This document shows, in pieces, positions 52,719 through 64,000 of a stretch of DNA of 64,000 bases. How positions within the stretch are numbered: position 1 is the first letter of the stretch; each line of letters begins with the position of its first letter. The stretch is taken from NCBI RefSeq assembly GCF_006345805.1, contig NC_043005.1, positions 66,526,001-66,590,000 on the forward strand, written 5' to 3'. The translations under genes and the position numbers were made by a program. This stretch comes from Octopus sinensis. Taxonomy: Eukaryota. The notes below the pieces were generated by a model. The model did no database searches and had not been told where the DNA came from. It saw nothing but the letters and a program-made list of their open reading frames with translations.

Positions 52719-54392
52719 TTTGTAGCTTTCATATTCTTTTCAACATTTACCTCCGTATTTTGTCTTAATATACGACGCATTGAATAGTGTGTGGATTACC
52801 CTATTCTAAAACGGCGATATTTTAAAATTTTATTCTTTTCCTTTTGTTGTACGTTTTTGCGTATAAAACCCTTTTAGCATTGTAGTTCGTTATTACTTCA
52901 ACTGATCAAGAAATTTATTAGGGCAGAGCGTTTGTTTTAATTCCGATGTCATTCACTGAATGAAGGAAAGACGTGACACCTCATAGAAAATGAAAGTATT
53001 AATCGTTAGAGATATTTCACAATTAGGGGAGTGGCTACTTCATTTCCTGTAACAAATGTGCCTATAAACTATAAAACAGCATTCTACCATTTTAAAAGAT
53101 AAGGTCAAATTTTACAATGAAAGACTTAGACGGGATGTGGACAACTAGGATAACTATGATTACAGGTTAGCTGGTGCAAGGCTGACACAGGGTCATTCAG
53201 CAACAACATTATAGAAGGATGAGCAAAATATCTTGAATTCTGTAAATGTATTCCATAAATACATTTGGTAATGTTTACGTTCATTTTCAGATTCGGTTAA
53301 ACACATTTTCAACCGAAGATTGAAAAGTAAATTATTCGATATTAAAAATCGACAGACATAAATTTCAGTGACTACTTCAGGAAGTTTTACAAGATTATTT
53401 GAACAAAAATGTAGAATTCAAGGCTTTATTTAAGGCAGAATAAAGAGAGTGGAGAGTGGTGCAAACTAATAAATCGATAGTAGAAAACACAACTTGGAGT
53501 AAATGGATTTAAAATTATCGGATAATCATGTTAGAAAGATAGAAAATGGAAATTAGATTATGCATAAACATAAATTATATTATCGTAAAGCATTTAATTA
53601 CAGCAGAAATGTTTGTTTGTTCAGAAACAAAGAATTAGGCAAATGTTATTAGAAATCATAGATAATAAAATGTGTGTATATATGTGCCTGTTTATGTAAG
53701 TATATGTATTTATATATATATGTATGCATATGCATAAGTCTATAAGATTACACACACACATATACAGACACACACACATACGCACATATATAATGACTGC
53801 AGGAGTTATACATGAAATATTTCAAGATTTATAGTGTACCGTATAAAGATCCGGTGATCGAACATGAAACTTAAAATAGCTCATGTATAATTCCTATATT
53901 CATTAAATGAAGTTTTTCTCTTGTAATATTGTGCATGTATTTGATGATCTAACAGCACGGTACAATATACATATATATCTCCGATACGTATATATCTCTG
54001 GTTCGGCTACATGATGTTGGTAAGCCACAAAAATGACAAAACATCGATGTCCACCTCTCTTGGATGGGATTAGAGACGAGTTATCTTGCCTCTCTGCATG
54101 ACGATTTGAGAGAGAGAGTATTCACGGCAAATTCACTGTGCATGTATGTTAGGTATATGTGGTTGATAATATGTGTGTGTGTGCATGTGTGTGCGTCTGT
54201 GTATGTACGCTTGTATGTATATATGTATGTGTATGTGTGTGTACGTATGTACGCATGTACGGATATACGTATGCATGTACGTAGGTATAGTGTATATAGT
54301 TACGTCCGTACTTCTATACAACTTAGTGCTATTTTGTATAAATCAAAATATCCGAAGTTGATGTCGAAACAAAGACAAACACGACAAAATTA

Positions 54393-54587
54393 CAGTAATC
54401 CCTCGTCATATCGCGGTTTATTATTTAAGCTTACGTCGATTCCTCCGTGGTGTTGTTTGCATTTATTATGAAATAAATATACACAAATTATAAAAACAAT
54501 AAAAAAACACACAGTAGTTTCTCGCGGATTTGCAACTATCGCGGTGGTTTTTGGGACGTAACACCCGCGATAGTCGATGGATTACTG
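54393..54587. mobile_element. pogo/Tigger-type Tc1-mariner MITE
   Basis: TIRs CAGTAATCCCTCG..TATCGCGG and CCGCGATAGTCGATGGATTACTG, with TA on both sides. Confidence 0.85.
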
Positions 54588-54964
54588 TACACCTTTTTAG
54601 TGATATCACAGGTGTTTTGTTTCTATTTCAAGTGGTGGGATCACTTGTTTACTGATACTGCAAGTCGAGATTAGCTCTGTTATTCTATTCATTATTGGTG
54701 TAGGATTGGTTATACTATTGATAGTTTAAAATCAATCATAAATTGCAGTATTTAGAATTATTATTATTATTCAATAGGGTATTCAATAATATTTCTTTCT
54801 AAGGTGCAAGTCATCGTAGTCATATGTCGTACGATTTTTGTAGCGTGTTGATAACACTGGAACAAAAGTATTCAATATTAAACGCGAGTTCTTCCATCGA
54901 ATGAAACCATAGCGCTATGTCGTTCTGATTTTCTTATAGTGTTTTCTTAACAGACATGTGGTGT

Positions 54965-55330
54965 GTGTGCTAGAGGTCCATTCTAGTTTTCTATTTAGGA
55001 TAAGTTTATCTTCTATTATGTGTGCAGCATCCGTTATTTGTCTGTTCTATGTGTGGTCAAGGTATTAACTTCTATGTTGTTGATTGAGCTCCCGTGAACC
55101 CGCTCGGCGTGCTGGTATAGAACCGATGAGCTCTTCTCTTCTTTAAGTTCCCACCAATGCTCATTTACCCGCTTTCCTCTACTCTGTGCAGTCACGCCTA
55201 CGTACGTCATTGTCTTGTTTCTGCACCGTTCCTCTGTCCATCTTATACTATAGACCACATTTCTAGCTTTACAGTTTGTTTGTGGGCTAAATCTTCATAC
55301 AATACAGTTCCTACCAGTAGAAGGGGTTCT
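54965..55330 (-). pseudogene. Penelope-like GIY-YIG endonuclease relic
   Basis: NCKARNVVYSI...YVGVT...RVNEH...SVLYQH...H, then after a frameshift ITDAAHI...LNRKLEW. Confidence 0.85.
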
Positions 55331-55518
55331 ACTAGCATCAAGTATATTGTGTGTGCTTTTCCATTGGCAACATGAACATCCCAAATACAACAATATATGT
55401 TTCAATACACGAATTCACATCAAGAATCTTGCAAAACGAATATATAAACGTATATATAAACGAGAAAGAAGATCGCCAACGATACACACGCGGCCACATA
55501 TTGAAAATCCTATGTATA

Positions 55519-55556
<38 letters not shown>

Positions 55557-55581
55557 CACACACACACACACACATGCATGC

Positions 55582-55622
<41 letters not shown>

Positions 55623-55659
55623 TGTTTATATTGTATGATGCAGGTATGGAGATATACAT

Positions 55660-55797
55660 TCGGGACTTCAAGTTTCTGTAACAACGATACGATAATCGCC
55701 GCACTTCTTCAGCTGCCGTAAGCCCAGTAAATGTATCTTATACATATGAAGGGCAACGATTATTGTATCGTTGATAAAAAACACTTGAAGTCCTGAT
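55660..55797. repeat. Small inverted-repeat element (~40-bp imperfect arms), probable MITE
   Basis: ggacttcaagt...caacgatacgataatcg pairs with cgattattgtatcgttg...acttgaagtcc. Confidence 0.7.
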
Positions 55798-56171
55798 CGT
55801 AAGTCTGCATATCTGTATCATCCAATAAATGTACTCCTCCATTTCCAACGATATTGAGGTTTACCACTTTTGTAATCTTTTCCTTACAATACACCCCAAC
55901 ACACACAAACAAACATATATATTATATATATATAAAACTCATGTTTCTACCTTTAGAAGCAGCTGACATATGCTAATGATAGGGGAAGAAAGCCGAGCAT
56001 CCCTTGTTTGATGAAGGGTCTAAACCGGAAAATGCAAAGCCGATCAGGTGACTACTTTCTCCCTTTTCTTCCCACATCTCCATGGTAAAGAAAGAAAGTG
56101 TTTAATTATTATTCACGCACAACGAAACTTTATATTTAAATCCAAGCTTTACTCACACTCACAGACACACA

Positions 56172-56257
<86 letters not shown>

Positions 56258-58569
56258 TGTGTATACACGTATGAGTATATTTCTATATGGATGTATATAG
56301 ATATATACACATCTAAATATGCAAGCATACATGTACAGTAATGCGCACATACGCACACACACACACGCATACACAACGCGCACACACGCGCACACATACA
56401 TGCATGCGCATAGTCCTTTGTGTATTTTAGCCATCATGTCTAAATCCTTCACGTATTCATTTTTGATAATCGTTATTCTATTTTAAAATCTAGCAAACGT
56501 TAACTTCTTATTCCCATTCACGCATTTTCCCTTTTCATTTCATGCATAGTTCCATTTGCTTGCAATAATTTAATAAACGCACAGTAAATATTGTTTTTTT
56601 TTATGTAATTACTGAAAATTCTAATTTTATATGAGTTATTTTTTCATACTTCAAATAATTCTATGATATAGATTTTTGATTTGATTATTATGTCACAGGA
56701 GAATTAAAGCACAATGCATGTTTAATGTAGAAGAGAAGTAAAGTGCAAATTTAACGTTTTAAAAAGAAAGAAAACCATTAAATATCAATTCGCATGGGTG
56801 ATAATTTTAGGATATTTTTTTGAAAATGTCAAGCTAATTACATTAAATATTTTGGAATAAGAGGGATGAATGGATATACAAATATCAGTATATATATTTT
56901 CTGACTTAATGAATAGGAACTACACTTTTTAATTTGGCTTACAATATGAAGTTCCGCAGAGCTGTGTCTTTATTTAAAGCAAATGTTGAGTAAAGTAGCG
57001 AACCTTTCTTAATCTGATTTATTTATTATAAGGTGATTAGTTGTATTAACATCAGAAAAGGTTTTATCATATTAAGCCTATTTTAGGATTTCAGCTTAGG
57101 AACTGTAACCCTGGTAACGAAATGAGAATGATATATTCTTGGTTAGTCAGAACGACATCCAACTGGCAAGACTAGTTGCAGCTTCTATGATATCAAATAT
57201 ATAAAGGAAATATCAAAATGAACGTTAATCTAAGTTTATTTCATAATTGAATACATCATCTTACTTTTCCTACTGACTAATATATATCACAGTATTAGCA
57301 ATCGCCATAATTTAGATCAATTATTCTGATATGATAAAACTTTGCAAGAATCGAAAACTGTTGGTTCTCAATTATATTATTGTTTAGTCCGTGTTGATAG
57401 TGTTAATTAATTGGAAATATAATTAACTTTGGTAAGATGTCATAAAATAGATTTAATTATTAGTGTCTTATTTCCCAATATCTACGAACAACAGCGAGTT
57501 TCAGACCTCCTGTGCTGTTATATAGTATTCCGAAGACTTCACACTATTATATCGCGATAATACATGAACATTTTAAAGTGTGAATATGGATTTTGAAGTT
57601 TCGTTTATTTCCTTTAGAGTTTTGAAATGAAAAAAAAATAATCATCTTATCTTATAATCAATAAAATGCTGATCAAGTCGATTCCACCAAGGGAATTAGC
57701 ACAGTAAATACGATCATTTTTCAGTCTGTTTATTGAGCGAATCTACATAATCATAATCGAAAGTAAGATTAAACATTTCCTCCAAGATTCCAAAGTAGGT
57801 CATGGGCACATCCATTGTAGAAATTATCACTGGTAATATCCCTTGGGTAGTTTGAATCAATGCATGTAAAATTAGTTTCTCTAAGAAATGTAGTTAAATA
57901 AATTAAACAAGGAAGTATTTGAAAAATATTTACGAAATTACATTCATGTTTAGAAATGTACTTAACAACAGAGGAAACAGCGTAAATAGATATACAGTTA
58001 TAGCACTAAGAAAGAAGACAGGAATGTGCAAGAAATGAGATTAGGTAAACGTGGTGCTTAACCCATTTCAAAACTTAAGGAAATTGTTACACACTGTAAG
58101 ACAGGTGAAAAAAAAAAGAAAAGAGAAACGTGAGAGGATATGGATTGTGTTTTTTGTTAAGTATGTGTTTATGTATGTATTATATATGTATGGGTGTGTT
58201 TTCATGTACTACGTATGCACAATTTGCTCAAATTAGACGAATCAGTGAAAGTTAAAAAGATGGTTTGTTTTGAGCTTTATACTTAACAAATATGCTGTAT
58301 ATAGTAAACAAACATAAATACATCTTAATATCTTCCCATGCAGAAAATATGAAATAATATATAATTATATTGCAGTCTAACTACAGAAAGTCTATCTTAG
58401 ATGATTGTCTTATACACACAATTTGGGATTAAAATATTCACAAACCCTTTATTCACCCCACAAAAAAAAGAAAGAAAAGAAAAAAATGTGTGAAAAACAA
58501 ACTGTCTCGTCGCTTCAACTAGATTTCATTCTGGAACTAAAGTCAAAATGAGGACAGATACAAATTAAG

Positions 58570-58790
58570 TTGTATAATCATACCAGGTTCGTGTTTGATC
58601 CAAATAGCTTATCCTACAAGGTTTTCTTTGGAGGGAGGGGAATGAGGGCTTCTTCTATGTTGAGGAGTATCCAGTCATATCAGGAAATATCATTTATATT
58701 CCAGTTTAAGTTGTTGCAGGGACACTGTATTTCGTTATCCTACCATAATATACAACAAGGTATATTAAATGGTTTATAAGTCAATATTGC
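58570..58790 (-). pseudogene. Highly decayed R4/Dong-like post-RT fragment
   Basis: Minus-strand ...NNLNWNINDI..D resembles YNILNWTLNELTKID at ~15690-15740. Confidence 0.4.
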
Positions 58791-59241
58791 GTTCTACTGT
58801 GCTATCAAATCACTTGTTAGGATTATCTGTACGGATTTTCAATAGAAATTATAGCCAGCGTAGATTTGTTACGACGTTTTGTATCCGAGTGTGCCTCGTA
58901 TAAACAACAATGATATGAAAGATAAAAAAAATGGGTAGTGGTTGAATATGTCATATCCAGATCATGCTCCTTCATCTATCAGTACCACATTGAATCCTTT
59001 TAATCGCACTGTAGTGGTTATGTGTGTGTATCAGGTGAACAGATGCAAAAGGAATGTGTATGCCTTTGAAGTAAACAAGTGAGTGAATCGATTCATAGTT
59101 AAAAATAGTATATTCACTGGACTTAATTTGTTGTTGGTGCGCATAATTCTTCACTACATGCAAAATGTTGACAACTACTACGAGTTGCTAGAAATAGAAA
59201 TAGGGTACATCTCTGGAAGTGATGTTTCAGAAATGGATATG

Positions 59242-59287
<46 letters not shown>

Positions 59288-59896
59288 AGTGCATCTGAGA
59301 CCAGTAGTCTACCGTGGAACTTCGAACATTTTCTCTCGGGTCTCTACGGTCATTCAAAACCTGTCGTCGTAGACCTTTCTCGTTTGCCTGCTAGGCCTTC
59401 CTCCTACCGTCAGTCTGTTGACCACTGTATTTAAAATAATCATAGCCACTAGAAGAAAAGACATACTGCAGCAGAGTTTGTACCTAAATAGGTCAGCTCC
59501 TGTCCATTTGAACTTCGCCTGACATGACTGAGATCGTAGGTCAAAGGGAGATGATCAATCACTTTTTGACAGGACAAAAAAAACTTTTTTCGCGCTTGTT
59601 GGTCGAGGTGGTTTGGACGACCGAGAATTCTTAGATTCGGTTTCGAATCTAGGCTTGAAGAGGGAAGTGTTCATTTTTACAGCACTGTAGACAAGACAGT
59701 AGAACACGGTATTGACTTATAAAGCGTCTAATATGCTTTGTAGTATATTATGGTTGCAGAATGAAATACGGTGTCCCTACAACTAACTAATATGTACATA
59801 CCAGCTGGAATGTGTTTAATATGTAAATTGGTATATCCAATAATGGCACACCGCTTCATTCAGTGGTTATTTAAGCAATGAGTTCGTGGATGGTTA

Positions 59897-59962
59897 ATGG
59901 GTTGGGTGTGGTGCTGATGAAGTAAGAACTCATGAAATATGGCATATTTACCCACTACCCAT
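59897..59962 (+). ncRNA. Type I hammerhead with damaged stem II
   Basis: ugggugugguG-CUGAUGA-aguaagaacucau-GAAA-uaug(g)caua-UU|uacccacuaccca. Stem I is about 11 bp with two bulges. Confidence 0.6.
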
Positions 59963-60605
59963 TTCTTTATCTTTGATCTTGTTGTTTACATTAGGCATAC
60001 TCGGTTACGAAACGTCGTAACGAATCAGTGGTGGCTATGATTTCTAAGAAAATCTGTGCAGTTAACCTTAACAAGTAATTTTCAAGTGTAAGTGGAGAAT
60101 AAGTCTCTAAACCTTTCATATAGACATCTTAAGTATATATGACAGAATTCTTTCAATTAATATAGCTAAATTGAATTATTTTTTTTTTCAATCTCTTTTA
60201 ATACATCGATGAAATTATAGCAGAATTCTAAGGTATAGTTTGACGTAATTTAGAGTACAGAATTCTCAGTTTCATCCTGGAACTAAGGTTAAAATATTGT
60301 CAGATACAAAGTAAGTTTTATAAACATATCATGTTTCAACACCTCCTTCACTTTCCTTTTGTATCTAAAACCACAGTAAAATTAAGAAATAAGCTACCAC
60401 ACATACATAAATTCATTTCACTTCGGAACATGCTTGTAGAAAGACTCTGAATGAAGGTGTATAACAGAATATTGCGGTTTGCATATGCGACTGCACTTTC
60501 TCTATGCAGCAGAAACACGTGTCGGTCATTATGCTGTATAATTAACTGTTAAAATTAAAAGAAAAAATCTGAAGATGCACTAGTCTCAATATTCTTTGTA
60601 ATTTC

Positions 60606-60666
<61 letters not shown>

Positions 60667-60667
60667 A

Positions 60668-60721
<54 letters not shown>

Positions 60722-60722
60722 A
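60606..60722. repeat. (ATCT)n microsatellite
   Basis: Direct observation. Confidence 0.95.
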
Positions 60723-61449
60723 CTTATAAAGTTAGCGAGTCTGTGCCCTACGTCTAGAGAGCCCAAACTTCAACTTCGCTGTGAGATGCAGCCCAAGTGG
60801 TTAAATCAGTCGTGCTTGCTGTATATGACGAGTTAAGCAGGTAATGATACAACTACTCATTTCCTGTCCACGTAAAGGAAATTAGGATATGGATATATAA
60901 AATTTCGCCAAATCTGAACCAAATTTGTCCGTCAGGTTTACAAAACAATCTACATACTGGCAACGTGGTTGAGTTAATTAAAATAAGCACTACACATCTG
61001 TGTTTTAGTAAAAGTATCAATTTAAGGTATATACTATGATCATAGGCTTTTATTGAGCACAAAATACATCCACCCTGTGCAAACAACTACAGTGCTTAGA
61101 ACGGTTTACATATTCTGTTGTAAAAAATATCAATCTGTTACACAGACAAATATGCACATATACACACGAATACACACGCATACACATGTGTACACTTACA
61201 TATATAGTACACCAGCATGAGATAAATGTATTAGGATTGGTAAACTTAATGAACAATTATAGTATGAACAGACAATATGTATATATGGGGTTGAATATAC
61301 TAATAAAATGGTTTAAGATTGATCAGCTTCTATTCAGTCAACAATTTCATCATAGAAAATTCTCCTTAAATACAATGATATTCATAGATATATCTACGCT
61401 TCTCTTGTAAAAATACGTTATCGAAAATATCGTATTTTGATGCATTGGA

Positions 61450-62740
61450 AAGGAGGAAACGCTGCTATTTGAAATAAGATATCAGGGCTCAGATATCAGA
61501 AGTGCCTATTAGATAGTAATAGATTTAATTTAGAGATAGCTTAACTCTAAAGAAAAAAGAGGAAGTGGTTACATGGTTACAAATTTGACGTCTGATATAA
61601 TTAAAGATGGCCCGGGTAAGAATATATACGAAACCAATAAATTCCTGTGCAGAAGAGAAGTGAAAGTGAAGGAAATAAACTTTGGATAAAACAGAATTTT
61701 TAGATACGAAAGGAACAAGAGCGAATTGAAGGAAATTTGAGAAAGGATAAGACAGACTGTCGAGTGAAAACAGCTAAATATTGGTGTCCCAACAATCGTG
61801 AAAGTATATTTAAGATGAGATAAAAAGAAATTCTTAGAAGCGAAAGCTGATGAAGCAGATAAATTAATCGATCTAGGAGACAGTAGAGAAATCATAAAAA
61901 TTTATGAAATATTAATTCAGATTATAGGGAAATACAAGATCAAAGACTACTTCGCCTTTAATACTGATTGAGAGCTAATAATATCTGATATAATCATCCA
62001 CGAAAGGCGTAATTAACATTTTAAAATAAGCGTATAATTGGAAAAATGTAGTGGTAATTCTTGAAGCAGACGAGGTGTTTGAAATTGGAGTACATGAAAT
62101 AGCTTTTGATAAAATAACAAGAGACTGTGAATACATTATTAAAACCTTAATGTCCCTAGATTAAAGACAGCAGCTAGAGAAATACTGGGAAAAGAGAAAG
62201 TTAAGAACTCGATTCTTAGAATATAATTGAAGGTATTTCGTAAAAGATTTAGCCATGATTGATTGAAAAATATATGTAAGGACCAGGGGAAATATCCATT
62301 TTTTCTATTAAGAGATATCACAGAGACGCAAATATTGAAAAAGTTCCTTTGTTGGATCGAAAGTTATACTGATTGCTTTTGTCCTCATTTACTAAGCAAT
62401 GAGCACAATATGAGTGTATCATATTGTTTCCATGTATATAAAAGTGGACTATTCAAGCCAGGTAAACTATTTACCATAAAAAAGATCACTTACCCCGTGC
62501 ATCGATGAACTTAATTTATGTTCTTAAATGTGTTAGGTGCAGTGGAGACTACATAGGTCAAACGAGCTTGATCTTGCGGAACAGCCTGATGGTAACAAAC
62601 AACAGATCCGAGACCCCATGATCTGGAAAATTCCCGTAAGTAAACACTTAGATCAATGCCTCAGAAACAAAACCCGAAATACCGGGTTTTCTTTCTCTAT
62701 CAATTCACCGGAAACACTCCAACCCAATGGCCATTAAATA
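61450..62740 (+). pseudogene. Very decayed APE-type LINE (RTE-like) relic
   Basis: KKFLEAKADEADKLIDLGDSREI resembles the linker between APE and RT. The rest is heavily disrupted. Confidence 0.4.
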
Positions 62741-63039
62741 AGGAAAGTATGTTTATTAAAAATACAGACGTTTGACTAAATAGCCTAAATTAGCGAGCGA
62801 TTCAGTAGTCATTACTGATGCACATGTGATTGATTGGTGAAACTGGTCTAATCCAATGATCCTAGAGTCGTTAAGGGGCGAATATCTCCCCTGTCAGTGC
62901 ATATACATACACACACACGCGCGCATATATATATATATATATATATAAAATAGTATTAGAGACAAAACCACTATTTTGCAAAACAAACAAGGAAAGACTT
63001 AATCAATACATAAAAATTTAATAAATAGTCAAAAAAACG

Positions 63040-63082
63040 CCACTACAATTGTTCTCTGTCTTGATCGACAATCTTCAGGTGG
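63040..63082 (-). ncRNA. Type I hammerhead with a 1-nt insertion in GAAA, within a probable PLE terminus (~62957-64000)
   Basis: ccac-CUGAAGA-u-uguc(gaucaa)gaca-GA[G]AA-caauug-UA|gugg. Stem III is the palindrome ACAAUUGU. Confidence 0.6.
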
Positions 63083-64000
63083 ACTTCCAATCTAAAATAT
63101 CAATATTTTAAAATATAAAAATAATAATTTTAAAATAATTAAGTATGAATGAAAAAATATAAAATATAATCCATATATAACCTATATATAATCCATATAT
63201 AATCAATATATAAACAATATATAAACTAAAATAAACCTATCAACACTTAAATATAAAATATAAAATATAAAATATAAAATATAAAACAAAAAAAAAAAAT
63301 AATAATAATATATAATAAACTATATATACACCATACACATATACCTAATTATATATAACCATATCTAACTACATACACTAAATCACACACCTATATATAT
63401 ATCCCTATACATACACATAAAAACGTCTAGGCAACTATAAAAATAAAATAGCTAAATACTTCAACACAATACTTATTCATACTCCCACACACACACACAT
63501 ACAACCCACATTCACGCTCTAGAAAACGGACATCACTTAAAATTATGAAGAGAAATGGAATAAATGGAATTAAAAATTATATTCACTTGGTAAAACGAAC
63601 ACTATTAAAATTATAATGAATGAATGAAACAATGCAATAAAACAACAGACATCGCAAATAGACACAAATTACTACGAATTCTTAACAAACTACCATGATA
63701 AACCAAAACTCATAAAAACATTAAATGATAAAATCTCCCTTTACTAAACTCTATAACATACCTATATAGCAATCCCCCCCTAACCTAAACATTCACACAA
63801 AAATACACACACGTAAACCACACACCCACGACATATACAAATACCCACACCACTTACACATACCTATACATACATATAAACCTCAACATATACTCCAAAA
63901 ACCCACTCACCCCACACAGACAAATAACCCAAAAATTATGAATGGATTCTTTTATAAAACTACCATGATAAGTTAAAACTCACAAAACATAAATGATAAA

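Noticed and set aside
54880-54930. GAAAC followed by the palindrome catagcgctatg and UC
   Set aside because: There is no upstream CUGANGA, and the orientation is opposite to the adjacent GIY-YIG relic.
62811-62852. CUGAUGC...GAAACUGGUC hammerhead-like string
   Set aside because: A9 is mutated, stem II is only 2-3 bp and stem I is 4 bp, too weak to separate from chance.

Overview
AT-rich, repeat-saturated animal genomic DNA. The SINE/LINE repertoire resembles coleoid cephalopods, most likely Octopus (inference, not verified). No intact protein-coding gene is evident. Almost all supplied ORFs are translations of (TA)n, (CA)n, (TACA)n or (AAT)n microsatellites, or pieces of decayed transposon genes. 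Recognisable content: two tRNA-type SINE families; a same-strand chain of R4/Dong-like RLE non-LTR fragments joined by (AAT)n tracts (13.2-22.3 kb); RTE LINE fragments; Penelope-like (PLE) RT and GIY-YIG relics; a TIR-complete defective mariner; hAT and pogo/Tigger MITEs; non-autonomous Helitrons; a Gypsy integrase scrap; a 5S rRNA pseudogene fragment; and a foldback-like element with minisatellite arms. The most striking signal, absent from the ORF track, is a set of about eight type I hammerhead ribozyme motifs with tiny or palindromic stem III. One is canonical (484-545, minus strand) and caps a ~130-nt rod inside a non-coding unit flanked by 75-bp direct repeats, a candidate retrozyme or PLE terminal repeat. 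A twin pair sits at the outer ends of a ~0.9-kb inverted duplication, and the rest are variant or decayed. All folds were read by eye, and element boundaries are approximate unless TIR or TSD evidence is stated.
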